Shown here: positions 11,876 to 25,003 of the stretch, piece after piece
How positions within the stretch are numbered: position 1 is the first letter of the stretch
How the letters are laid out: each line of letters starts with the position of its first letter
Source: Macrostomum lignano
Lineage: Eukaryota
Assembly (NCBI GenBank): GCA_002269645.1
Contig: NIVC01000816.1
Span: 13,673-77,672, forward strand
DNA length: 64,000 nt
Direction of reading: 5' to 3'
Translations under genes and position numbers: made by a program
Notes under the pieces: model-generated
Database searches by the model: none
Told to the model about the DNA's origin: nothing
Seen by the model: the letters and a program-made list of their open reading frames with translations, nothing else

Positions 11876-14800
11876 TCAGGCGAACTTGGCCAGCTCAGAG
11901 GTGGGCGGGAAGTACCAGTAGTTGCCAGCCACGCAGCGGGTGATCCGCATGATGTCGTCGGAGTGCGAGTCGCTGCCCTTGCCGACCATGCGGTCCAGCA
12001 TGAAGTTGAAGTTGTCCGGGCTGGCCGCGTAGGCGATGAAGAACAGACCGGACTCGCCGGACACCGTGCTGGGGGTTGGGGAGCGGCTTGGCGATTGCAG
12101 GTGCGACTGAGAATAGGGAATCGGCCGGACAACAATGGGGAATCGCCCTGACACCAATTGGGAATCATCCTGACACTAATCGGGAATCGCCCTGACACCA
12201 ATCGGGAATCGCCCTGACACCCATCGGGAATCACCCTGACACTAATCGAGAATCGCCCTGACACCAATCGGGAATCGCCCTGACACCAATTGGGAATCAT
12301 CCTGACACCAATCGGGAATCGCCCTGACACCAATCGGGAATCACCCTGACACCAATCGGGAATCACCCTGACACTAATCGGGAATCGCCCTGACACCAAT
12401 CGGGAATCGCCCTGACACCCATCGGGAATCACCCTGACACTAATCGAGAATCGCCCTGACACCAATCGGGAATCGCCCTGACACCAATTGGGAATCATCC
12501 TGACACCAATCGGGAATCGCCCTGACACCAATCGGGAATCACCCTGACACCAATCGGGAATCACCCTGACACCAATCGGGAATCGCCCTGACACCAATTG
12601 GGAATCATCCTGACACCAATCGGGAATCGCCCTGACACCAATCGGGAATCACCCTGACACCAATCGGGAATCACCCTGACACCAATCGGGAATCATCCTG
12701 ACACCAATCGGGAATCGCCCTGACACCAATCGGGAATCACCCTGACACCAATCGGGAATCACCCTGACACTAATCGGGAATCGCCCTGACACTAATCGGG
12801 AATCGCCCTGACACCCATCGGGAATCACCCTGACACTAATCGAGAATCGCCCTGACACCAATCGGGAATCGCCCTGACACCAATTGGGAATCATCCTGAC
12901 ACCAATCGGGAATCGCCCTGAATCGCCCTGACACCAATCGGGAATCATCCTGACACCAATCGGGAATCATCTTGACACCAATCGGGAATCGCCTTGACAC
13001 CAATCGGGAATCGCCCTGACACCAATCGGGAATCGCCCTGACACCAATCGGGAATCACCCTGACACTAATCGGGAATCACCCTGACACTAATCGGGAATC
13101 ATCCTGACACCAATCGGGAATCACCCTGACACCAATCGGGAATCGCCCTGACACCAATCGGGAATCACCCTGACACTAATCGGGAATCGCCCTGACACCA
13201 ATCGGGAATCATCCTGACACCAATCGGGAATCGCCCTGACACCAATCGGGAATCGCCCTGACACCAATCGGGAATCACCCTGACACTAATCGGGAATCAC
13301 CCTGACACTAATCGGGAATCGCCCTGACACTAATCGGGAATCATCCTGACACCCATCGGGAATCGCCTTGACACCAATTGGGAATCACCATGACACCAAT
13401 CGGGAATCGCCCTGACACCAATTGGGAATCACCCTGACACCAATCGGGAATCGCCCTGACACCAATCGGGAATCGCCCTGACACCAATCGGGAATCATCC
13501 TGACACCAATCGGGAATCGCCCTGACACCAATCGGGAATCATCCTGACACCAATCGGGAATCGCCCTGACACCAATCGGGAATCATCCTGACACCAATCG
13601 AGAATCGCCCTGACACCAATCGGGAATCATCCTGACACCAATCGGGAATCGCCCTGACACCAATCGAGAATCGCCCTGACACCAATCGGGAATCGCCCTG
13701 ACACCAATCGGGAATCGCCCTGACACCAATCGGGAATCGCCCTGACACTAATCGGGAATCACCCTGACACTAATCGGGAATCGCCCTGACACTAATCGGG
13801 AATCACCCTGACACTAATCGGGAATCACCCTGACACCAATCGGGAATCGCCCTGACACTAATCGGGAATCACCCTGACACTAATCGGGAATCGCCCTGAC
13901 ACCAATCGGGAATCGCCCTGACACCAATCGGGAATCGCCCTGACACCAATCGGGAATCACCCTGACACCAATCGGGAATCGCCCTGACACCAATCGGGAA
14001 TCGCCCTGACACTAATCGGGAATCACCCTGACACCAATCGGGAATCGCCCTGACACCCATCGGGAATCACCCTGACACTAATCGAGAATCGCCCTGACAC
14101 CAATCGGGAATCGCCCTGACACCAATTGGGAATCATCCTGACACCAATCGGGAATCGCCCTGACACCAATCGGGAATCACCCTGACACCAATCGGGAATC
14201 ACCCTGACACTAATCGGGAATCGCCCTGACACCAATCGGGAATCGCCCTGACACCCATCGGGAATCACCCTGACACTAATCGAGAATCGCCCTGACACCA
14301 ATCGGGAATCGCCCTGACACCAATTGGGAATCATCCTGACACCAATCGGGAATCGCCCTGACACCAATCGGGAATCACCCTGACACCAATCGGGAATCAC
14401 CCTGACACCAATCGGGAATCGCCCTGACACCAATTGGGAATCATCCTGACACCAATCGGGAATCGCCCTGACACCAATCGGGAATCACCCTGACACCAAT
14501 CGGGAATCACCCTGACACCAATCGGGAATCATCCTGACACCAATCGGGAATCGCCCTGACACCAATCGGGAATCACCCTGACACCAATCGGGAATCACCC
14601 TGACACTAATCGGGAATCGCCCTGACACCAATCGGGAATCGCCCTGACACCCATCGGGAATCACCCTGACACTAATCGAGAATCGCCCTGACACCAATCG
14701 GGAATCGCCCTGACACCAATTGGGAATCATCCTGACACCAATCGGGAATCGCCCTGAATCGCCCTGACACCAATCGGGAATCATCCTGACACCAATCGGG

Positions 14801-17800
14801 AATCATCTTGACACCAATCGGGAATCGCCTTGACACCAATCGGGAATCGCCCTGACACCAATCGGGAATCGCCCTGACACCAATCGGGAATCACCCTGAC
14901 ACTAATCGGGAATCACCCTGACACTAATCGGGAATCATCCTGACACCAATCGGGAATCACCCTGACACCAATCGGGAATCGCCCTGACACCAATCGGGAA
15001 TCACCCTGACACTAATCGGGAATCGCCCTGACACCAATCGGGAATCATCCTGACACCAATCGGGAATCATCCTGACACCAATCGGGAATCGCCCTGACAC
15101 CAATCGGGAATCGCCCTGACACCAATCGGGAATCACCCTGACACTAATCGGGAATCACCCTGACACTAATCGGGAATCATCCTGACACCAATCGGGAATC
15201 ACCCTGACACCAATCGGGAATCGCCCTGACACCAATCGGGAATCACCCTGACACTAATCGGGAATCGCCCTGACACCAATCGGGAATCATCCTGACACCA
15301 ATCGGGAATCGCCCTGACACCAATCGGGAATCGCCCTGACACCAATCGGGAATCACCCTGACACTAATCGGGAATCACCCTGACACTAATCGGGAATCGC
15401 CCTGACACTAATCGGGAATCATCCTGACACCCATCGGGAATCGCCTTGACACCAATTGGGAATCACCCTGACACCAATCGGGAATCGCCCTGACACCAAT
15501 TGGGAATCACCCTGACACCAATCGGGAATCGCCCTGACACCAATCGGGAATCGCCCTGACACCAATCGGGAATCATCCTGACACCAATCGGGAATCGCCC
15601 TGACACCAATCGGGAATCATCCTGACACCAATCGGGAATCGCCCTGACACCAATCGGGAATCATCCTGACACCAATCGAGAATCGCCCTGACACCAATCG
15701 GGAATCATCCTGACACCAATCGGGAATCGCCCTGACACCAATCGAGAATCGCCCTGACACCAATCGGGAATCGCCCTGACACCAATCGGGAATCGCCCTG
15801 ACACCAATCGGGAATCGCCCTGACACTAATCGGGAATCACCCTGACACTAATCGGGAATCGCCCTGACACTAATCGGGAATCACCCTGACACTAATCGGG
15901 AATCGCCCTGACACCAATCGGGAATCGCCCTGACACTAATCGGGAATCACCCTGACACTAATCGGGAATCGCCCTGACACCAATCGGGAATCGCCCTGAC
16001 ACCAATCGGGAATCGCCCTGACACCAATCGGGAATCACCCTGACACCAATCGGGAATCGCCCTGACACCAATCGGGAATCGCCCTGACACTAATCGGGAA
16101 TCACCCTGACACTAATCGGGAATCGCCCTGACACCAATCGGGAATCGCCCTGACACCAATCGGGAATCATCCTGACACCAATCGGGAATCGCCCTGACAC
16201 CAATCGGGAATCATCCTGACACCAATCGGGAATCATCCTGACACCAATCGGGAATCGCCCTGACACCAATCGGGAATCATCCTGACACCAATCGGGAATC
16301 GCCCTGACACCAATCGGGAATCATCCTGACACCAATCGAGAATCGCCCTGACACCAATCGGGAATCATCCTGACACCAATCGGGAATCGCCCTGACACCA
16401 ATCGGGAATCGCCCTGACACCAATCGGGAATCGCCCTGACACTAATCGGGAATCACCCTGACACTAATCGGGAATCGCCCTGACACTAATCGGGAATCAC
16501 CCTGACACTAATCGGGAATCGCCCTGACACCAATCGGGAATCGCCCTGACACCAATCGGGAATCGCCCTGACACCAATCGGGAATCGCCCTGACACTAAT
16601 CGGGAATCACCCTGACACTAATCGGGAATCGCCCTGACACCAATCGGGAATCGCCCTGACACTAATCGGGAATCACCCTGACACTAATCGGGAATCGCCC
16701 TGACACCAATCGGGAATCGCCCTGACACTAATCGGGAATCGCCCTGACACTAATCGGGAATCACCCTGACACCAATCGGGAATCGCCCTGACACCAATCG
16801 GGAATCGCCCTGACACTAATCGGGAATCACCCTGACACCAATCGGGAATCGCCCTGAGAAGCGGGTCCAAGCATGGCCGTCAATCCTCACCCATAAGGCA
16901 TGGATTGGCGCACAATCTCGAACTGCTTCTTCTGCTCGAAGGCGTTGCCCCCAGTCATCCTGGCCACGTGAGAGGAGATGGACTTGCGCCGCAGCTCGGT
17001 GCTGTCCGTGATGTCCCGGCCAACGAAGCTTTCCAGCTCGGCCGGCTTGGAGTCCCGGATCTTGGCCAGGTCGTGAATCCAGCGCTGCGTGATGACGAAG
17101 CTGCCGCCGCCCCGGGCCACAGCGATCTGCTTGCGACTCTCCTCGTCAGCCGCGTTCTCCGTGCCGTCGATGAAGCCGCTAAGGTCGCGCCCGTTCCGGT
17201 ACACGAAGCTGTAGATGTCCTCGAATGAGCGGACCGAGCCCTTGGGCATGGCGGCCGTCACGGCTTGGCACAGCTCAAACAGCTTGCTCACCTGGGTGCA
17301 GCCGAGATAGAAATTAACTGTACCATTTTCATCCCCAATGGCCACTCTCACTGGCTCCCTAGTGGAATACAGTGTCTGCTTAGATAAAAGTGCAACAAGG
17401 ACTTTATAAATCCACACAAATGAATTATCTGGTGATTTCTGTCCCAGTGACAGCAGAGAAACGCACCTGGTTAGACTTGGCGTGGATGAACAAATCGCCG
17501 CCAGTGCTCGGCAGTTCGCCCAGAGCCCCGCGCCTGTGCGGATAGCTGAAGTCCACGGAGGCGGCGCTGCCCGACTGGCCGACAGCGGCCCGGTAGAAGC
17601 TGTAGCCGAAGCCCACGCCCGCCCAGGTCTCGTCAGATTCGTCGCGCAGATCCGGTGGGCACACCTGGGATGGGTGGGGGTGTGAAAGAAGGTTAAGACA
17701 AGAGCGGTGGCACATCAAAGGGCTCTGTGATGGACTTGAGAGAGGCGGCACATCAAAGGGCTCTGTGATGGACTTGAGAGAGGCGGCACATCAAAGGGCT

Positions 17801-18354
17801 CTGTGATGGACTTGAGAGCGGCGGCACATCAAAGGACTTTGTGATGGACTTGAGAGCGCGTGGCACATCAAAGTACTTTGTGATGGACTTGAGATCGGCG
17901 GCACATCAAAGAATTGTGATGAATTTGAGAGCGGCGGCACATCAAAGGACTGTGATGGACTAAGAACTTCAATGCGGCGGCACATCAAAAGAATGCACCC
18001 AAGATCTTTACCCACCTTGTCCACCAGCTTCTGCAGATTGGCAGCAACGCGAAGCACCTCCCGCTTATCGGCGCGAGGGTCCAAATGGATGGTGAGGTAC
18101 AGCGCGTGGTCCTTGGTCTCGCTGTAGACAGTTGGCTGGACATTGTCCGAGGCGGCAGCGGCGGTGACGGCGGTCAGGGCGCCTCCGGGCAGGGCGGCAA
18201 GGCGCCGGCGCTGATCAACAAAAGCGACGGTGGCGGCGGCAGCCAGCAGCAGGCGGGAGGGCCGGGGTGGCGGCGGAGCTCCGCCAGATGACAGGCCCCG
18301 ACGGCAGCCGAGGCGAGCAGCGGTGGCGGCGACAAGGCGACAGCGGTTGAGCAT
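11876..18354 (-). CDS. Dye-decolorizing (DyP-type) heme peroxidase, YfeX/class-B-like, 4 exons (18354-18016, 17664-17467, 17291-16891, 12068-11876), 376 aa, with an N-terminal mitochondrial-type presequence
   Basis: All introns are GT-AG with consistent phases (0,0,2); total 1131 nt. Motifs: DLFIHAKS, RDLSGFIDGTEN (GXXDG distal Asp), QRWIHDL, SSHVARM (proximal His), IVRQSMPYG|TVSGESGLFFIAY (distal Arg), GNYWYFP. Confidence 0.92.
12137..16856. repeat. 22-bp minisatellite (GGGAATCGCCCTGACACCAATC), about 210 units, filling DyP intron 3
   Basis: 22-bp unit (ORF translations cycle every 22 aa = 3 units); contains a higher-order block duplicated at an 1836-bp offset. Confidence 0.95.
17703..17990. 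repeat. 38-bp tandem repeat, about 7 units, in DyP intron 1
   Basis: CACATCAAAGG recurs at 17711, 17749 and onward. Confidence 0.85.
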
Positions 18355-18817
18355 GGCTTCAAGTGTACAGAGTGAGCTCTATTGGCAGAGATAATGCTAA
18401 TGCATGCAATCAAGTAATGTGCACGGGGTGTTAGCTTGCTCACAGATAATTGCATTTGTTATTAGAGGCAGGGGCAACCTGGCAAACTTTCCTATGGGGG
18501 GATACACCAAGGTCAAAGTGCTATGACAGAGTCACATGGTAGCATGTATAGCAACAAAGGGCAACAAAAAAGTTTTGGTCAGGCTCTTTAAGGGGGGGGG
18601 ATACACCCCCTATCCCCTGGACATTGTTGCATATTATATCTCTTTTCTAAAAAATTTTTCCTAAATAGGCCCTAGGTCTTATAGCATAGTTTCAAAGAAA
18701 CCAATATCCTTATAGCTATATAGCATTTTAACAAAAGTAATAATTAGAAGCTATTGGGCAGCTCTCTACTTTACTTTATATCTTTATCCCCATTTCTTAA
18801 TATTTAACAGGCTTATA

Positions 18818-19821
18818 CGAGGGGTGTCCAAAAAGTAGCTTTGATACTTTTAACCGTAGCTCTCATTCTATAGCTTCCTATGATTTAAAATTTTATGAAC
18901 TGATAGCGGCAAATCTCTTCTACAGACTACTTTTTGAATTTTTAAATTGATACTAGAAGTAGTAATACCCAGACTAAAAGTTATACCCATGAAAGTAATA
19001 GTACTTGTACCGTAGAGTTACACAAATTATATTGAAATTTATAATAGTCAACTTTTGCACTCATTCATTAAGAAGGCATCAATAAATGTCTTGTTTAAGC
19101 AATATCAAAGCCCAATTGCAAAATTATGCTCACTGTGACTGATTGAAATTTGTCTATGGATGGAATCATATGCAGAAATATAAAGCATTAAATTCATTAC
19201 TTTATTTGCAAACAGAGTAGCTTGCATTTTGCGATTCATTCATCATTGCCCATACTCAACAACAACACATGGATGTGCACTCAGTTGTTGCTTAGCAAAG
19301 TACCATCTTCACTCTTTGGGGCGCTGGCCATAGTGCCCCAGAAATTCACACTAAACTTTGCTCTGCGCATGGATCCTCTGTGGTTAGCAAAATGACAGTT
19401 TATCAATGGATTGAGCAGTTCAACAAGGGAAGGACTGACTTGGCAGATCAGCATCGGATGGGATGGCCATAGATTTATTGACCTTATATACTAGTGGACT
19501 CTATTCTGGATCTTCTTGATGAGGACTCCCAAATGACCATTAGAGAGATTGCTAACAGGTTGGACAAACCAAAATCAATAATTCATTGAAGCTTACTTGG
19601 CATGGATCTCGTGAAGCTCAGCCTATAATTTGTGTAACTCTCTAGTGTAGGTACTGTTACTTTCATGGGTATAACTTTTGTTCTCTAGTATCAATTTTTT
19701 AAATTCAAAAAGTAGTCTGTAAAAGAGATTTGCTGCTATCAGTTCATAATTTTTTTAATCACAGGAAGCTATAGAATGAGAGCTACGGTTAAAAGTATCA
19801 CTACTTTTTGGACATCCCTCA
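18818..19821 (+). mobile_element. Internally deleted mariner-family element with about 200-bp TIRs
   Basis: TA|CGAGGGGTGTCCAAAAAGTAG...CTACTTTTTGGACATCCCTCA|TA. Arms are about 18818-19030 and 19624-19821. Degenerate transposase HTH remnant near 19400-19590 (YQWIEQFNKGRTDLADQHRMG...LLDEDSQMTIREIANRL). Confidence 0.8.
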
Positions 19822-22303
19822 TAGTTTTTGAAAGACAAAACTGTCTGCCTAGCCTAGGCTCTAATAGACAAATTATTAGAATAGACAACAACAAACTAAC
19901 ACCCCATTAAATGCAAATAAATAAGCCTAATATAAGCTTATTAGTCTATAAAAATATTAAATAATAACTAATTAATTAAATTAATTAAATAATAATAAAT
20001 GTCATCAGTAAAATTTGACAATATAAGCCTAGAAATAGCCTTAGGCCTAGACTATATATGGCCTATTGCCTAGCCCCAGGCCTAGCTTATAACAAAAATA
20101 TTTATTGGCTATTATATAAACTAGGCCTATAGGCCTAATATTAAAATGAATTATTTAAATACTTAGCTTTTAATTATAAAACATACAATGATATTAGGGG
20201 CCTACATATAAAATTCTAGGCCTATTATAAAGCTACAACTTTTAAATTCACCTAAGATAGGCCTAATAATGATTTGCTTTTTGTTTGATATATGACTATT
20301 CGACTATATGTATAGTAATTCTTAATCTCACAAATAAATTAGGCCCTGAATTCTGAAATGTACCTTCTTTAAAATTTACCTTCTAGATTTTTTACCAATT
20401 CTAGACCTATAGCTATAATTTATTTCATAATAGTAAATAGAATAGAATAGGCCCCTAGTATATAAAATTGATTGGCCAATTTTGTGTTTTGTCATTGTCA
20501 TAAAAAAGCAATCATAGGAAAATTTTGATTGCTTGAAAAGTTTTGATTGATTGAAAATTATTTTCCTATGATTAGGGAGTTAAATAAAATATAATTAAAA
20601 TATTTTCCATCGCAGGTTCTAAAATATCAAAGCCAAAGGATTGCCATGGCATTTGCAATAATGGACATTCAAAATGTATTTTAGGTTTTAATTTTATATA
20701 ATATCTCAATTATTGCACTACACGTAGTCCGGTTGGTTGGTCTACTCAGAATCTTGGGGCCTTTCATATTGCTTGCTCTGGTTCCAGAACCAGAACCAAT
20801 TTGTGAAGTATAACTTTTTGTCTCCATAACTAGAGGGAGATACGTGCTATAATTTTTATTATTGAATGACAATCGCCAAGAAGAAAGTGAAAAATTGTGC
20901 TAAGTTAGGTTGTTAAGGCAGTCAAATATTGACAGAGTTTAATAGTTATACTGCTGTTTTTCTTGGAATTCCGAACCGATTCTGGTTCTGGAATTGGTAA
21001 TATGAAAAGGCCCTTGGTTGGTTCGGCCGGTTAAATAAGTGGAAAAATTATTGCAACGGCAATTATCCACTAGGCCTATCTCTGCACTACCACTATCCTC
21101 TAAAGATATGCTAAAAATCTTGGGCAAATTTTTGGCACAAAATTGGACTAGCAATTCTAGAGCTGAAAATAAAACTTCATTTGTTATAGTACGTTAAAAC
21201 ATAAATCTCTTTTACTCAGCGGTTGCCAGCAATATCTTCAGCAATATATTTTTTAAACGGCTGTGCCACAATAATTTGGAGCCTAAAAGCTTTGCGACTT
21301 GTCTAGAAAAGCTTCGGCAATTGTTATAGTTATTGCTGAAGCTACAAAAAGTATTGCTGCAGGCGACCGCTGAGTCTTCTACCAAGGATATAATATCCAT
21401 CTACCCTGCTTCTACCCTTCCCTTCTACCTTGCCTTCTACTTGGGTAGTGCTTGATACGTAATTTGAAGTTTCCGCCGACCGAGAGTCGACCGAAAGTCG
21501 GTCGGGTTGGGAAAAAGAAAGCGCGTGCTGGAACGCCGTAATATCAGGATAGGCATCTGCATGGCGCACTACATGATGTACATGTAAAGCCATGCATTGC
21601 GATAGGGATATTAAAATTCGAAACCAATAAGTGAGATTGGCATCCTATATGTGTATTTCCGCTCGGCGTGCTGCTGCCACGCTATATACTAATTGCCCAT
21701 GTGGCTTTCATGTGGCGCCAATAGTATATTGTAAGAGCTGCATGTTCATATAATTGCAGTGAGTCTCAGCTTCATCTAGCTCCAGTTGTGCATGCATCAT
21801 AGGGCACGCTTCGGGTCGAGCCATTGAACTCCAGCCACACTCTCTCGCTAGCTCAAGGCCGTCTGGCGAGATACGTGTGGTGACGCCACTTGTTCATTTC
21901 AGGGAACACTATAGTCAAGAAGTTCTTTGCTCTTACCAAGGCCACGACCCGGGAATTCACTGTGAGGACTTGTTGTTGAGCGCAAGTTCAAGCTCTTGCT
22001 ACTGTACACATCAAGGCTTTTTCCGTGCAGCGCATTTTGCCACGGGTCAAATTTTGTCTGCATTGCCACCCCCCCCCCAATGCTTTAATAAGTCTTAATG
22101 AGATTTACCCGATCAAAACATTTCGATAGTAAATTGCATATCAAATTCAGATTTTTCTTGTAGGTTTTCATTTTTATATAAACTCACATGCAGGGGGTAC
22201 ATCGGTGAGCTACGACGTAATTTCTGCATATGCCATGGGGATCGGTTTCGTCTCCTAAATCTCTTTATAAGACTTACTAAGCATTTTAGGGGGCAATGCA
22301 GAC

Positions 22304-22650
22304 CAGGGGCGTCGCCATTGATTTTATGGTGGGGGGATAAAGCCAAGAATTGTACATGTGCATGTACATGACAGATTTCCAACAGTACATGTACATTGTT
22401 TCAGAATCATACATGTAGGTGTTGTCAGCGATCATTTTGGCGCCTCAGGCACCATTTAAGAGCCGCAGGCATTCATTCTGGCGCCGCAAGCATTATGTTT
22501 TGTTGCCCTGAAGCAAAATTATTGATTTCCATAACGTACCAGGTCAACTAAAGGTGTGAGGGGGGACAAAGCATTGGCATGTCCCCCCGCCATAACTTTT
22601 ACTGAGGCCGGGACGTGTCCCCCCTGTCCTCCCCGGTGGTGACGCCCCTG
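22304..22650. mobile_element. hAT-type MITE, 347 bp
   Basis: TIR CAGGGGCGTCGCCA / TGGTGACGCCCCTG; perfect 8-bp TSD ATGCAGAC (22296-22303 and 22651-22658). Confidence 0.85.
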
Positions 22651-22834
22651 ATGCAGACAGAATCTGCCGCATGGCTAAATGTGCTACAGGAAAAAGCATT
22701 GCAGGCAAATCTCCTGCGGGCAAATCTCGGCGGGCAATTCGTCTGCGGGCGATTCTCATGAACCCCCTGGTCAACACCCAGCTTCGCGAACGGAATGAAT
22801 GCTCTGCACCTGCTCTGCGCGCCTCAGGCTTTGA

Positions 22835-23982
22835 TCCTGATTCTAATCTTTATCGATTTCAAGAAGGCATTCGACTCGGTTGTCAGAGCCGTGCTTCCAA
22901 TGGTGCTCCGCGCGTACAACGTGCCTGAGCAGCTGATCTCCGCCATCATGGCGATGTACCGTGATACGACAGCTGCTGTGACAACACCGGACGGCCTATA
23001 GGACTCCTTTGAGATCTCCTCCGGAGTGCTTCAGGGAGATACGCTGGCGCCGTTCCTGTTCGTCCTGGTGCTTGACTGGGTGCTGCGGACTGCTCTTCCT
23101 ACCGACGACGACGGCTTTCTGCTGCGGCGACGCGTGGGTCGACGTCAACCGGAGAAGCGGCTCAGCGTGCTTGGCTACGCTGACGACCTCGCCCTGCTGT
23201 CCTCGACCGTCGAGGGCGCCCAACGGCAGCTGGACAGGCTAGTTGCCGTTGCGGCGAGCGTCGGCCTGGTGGTCAACACGCAGAAGACCGTTGTGCTCTG
23301 CGTGCCGGACGACATCGAGGCTGCAATTTTCTGCCGAGGCGCTGACGGGCAGGCGACCGAGCTCCCGCGATGTCAGCAGTTCGTCTACCTCGACGGTCTG
23401 GTTCCAGACGCTCGCGAGGACCTGCGACGCCGCCGCGGGCTTGCCTGGGCTGCCTTTCGTTCTGTGAGGGCAGTCCTGCAGTCCGAGGCCCTACCGGACC
23501 GCAAGAGGGCGGCGCTGTTCCAGGCGGTAATCGAGACCGTCCTGCTGTGCAACGCCGAGACCTGGACGCTGACGGACTCACTTGAACAGCAAGTCGATGC
23601 GGCGCACGCTGGCCTGCTGCGCGCCGCCTTCAACATCGGCGTCGAGCGAGTCAACAACGCGGCACTCTATCGCCGCGCTGGCCTGCCACGTCCAAGCGAT
23701 CTACTGCGCCGTCGGCGACTCCAGCTCGCAGGCCATCTCATCCGCGCCGAGTCGTACTGCCCACAGCCGGTGCAGGAGGTGCTGCTGCTCACGCTGTAGG
23801 CACCCTACCGGCGAGGTCAAGCGCGAACTCGGCGTTACGTTGACTGTCTGCTGGCTGACGCCGGCGCCCCGGACACTGCCGGTGGCGCGGCCTTTGTTCG
23901 CGCCCAAGCCATGAAGCGCGCCCTGTGACGCTGACTTTTGCCATCCTGACAGCGTATTTTGTTGTGTTGTTGTTGTTGTTGT
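22835..23982 (+). mobile_element. 5'-truncated RTE-clade non-LTR retrotransposon (RT domain, in-frame stops)
   Basis: FIDFKKAFDSV, GVLQGDTLAPFLF, LGYADDLALL, AETWTLT, RRLQLAGH. Stops at about 22998 and 23797. (TTG)n tail at 23959-23982. Confidence 0.85.
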
Positions 23983-24721
23983 CTGCGCGTCGATCCGCGC
24001 CTCCTGCCACCCACTCTGGTATAGCTCAAAACTAAAGTCTTCTTTGAACAGATCAGTGAATGCAGGTGAAGACAGCGTCACAGCATGACAGTGCATGGTG
24101 TCATGCTGTCTCTGCTACAGTGTCCGCGATGCCCGAGGGCGCGTGGCCTGTCCGCCATTCACGCCCTGGCAGGGCAACAGGCCGCGTGTTTCGCTAAACC
24201 GGCAGGTGATGAGTCTGCAAACGATCGCTCAGAAATAGGCTGCGCGAGTTCTTTGCCGCCATCGTTAACCCGCGCTTCAACCGCGCTTCCAGACGATCTG
24301 ACATTGACTTCGAAGACGCTGTGGCATTGGACTACCTACTGGCTAACGCAGCCGACTTTGTTTAAGACCTGCTAAATGGAGCAAATAACTGTGTCTATGA
24401 ACCTCTGCTGATGCTATTCTACTGTAGGTATGGATATAGTGATCTTTAGAAATTTCCGTAAGGTGTGGAGTTTAACAAAAGCATAACCCATAAGCTCCAC
24501 CTCAGAATGTTAATGAGGAAACATGGCTCGATCCTTTTTGCTACACACCTGGACTTTTCAAATTGAGACATCAAATCACATTATAAAAGCAATGTCATCA
24601 ACAAAGCTGTTCTGTTACTGATAAACCGATCAATTTGCATTGCATCACGTTCAGGGTGAAAAAAACTTCTATTGAATGCGGGCCAACAACAATTATCAAC
24701 TCATCGAAGTAAAATCAGGTG

Positions 24722-24727
24722 TTTATT
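24722..24727 (-). terminator. Candidate polyadenylation signal for ferritin A
   Basis: TTTATT on the plus strand; the same block is conserved downstream of ferritin C (49468-49473). Confidence 0.45.
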
Positions 24728-25003
24728 TCGTTACTAGATGGTGAATAAAAATATGCATTTTCTATTAGAAATAGGTCGATCCTATGATACGACTATGCTG
24801 GAGTGACTCGCCGCAGATTATTTTGTTCAAATAATCGATTATCAATGGTACATCTAATTTGGCTAATACACTCGTAATTATGGCGCTGATATCAGAAAAT
24901 TTGAATAATCGATTATCTGAAACAGTGAGCGTCATAATGCTGGTCCTAGCTCGTACAGTCAGGCAAATCAGCTACGACTTTGCCACAGTCATCTCCACAT
25001 TCT

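Noticed and set aside
11876-11960. Encapsulin system / cargo-loading peptide on the DyP
   Set aside because: The C-terminus ends YFPPTSELAKFA with no GSLxIGSL-type peptide, no encapsulin shell gene is seen, and DyP and ferritins appear targeted to different compartments.
12137-16856. CRISPR array (also 1400-2736, 48660-49200, 53535-55179)
   Set aside because: Head-to-tail units with no unique spacers, no cas genes, located in or beside spliced eukaryotic genes: minisatellites.
11876-18354. Bacterial contamination as the source of the DyP
   Set aside because: Three GT-AG introns with host-type minisatellites, an organelle presequence, and contiguity with MRPL30 and animal transposons.
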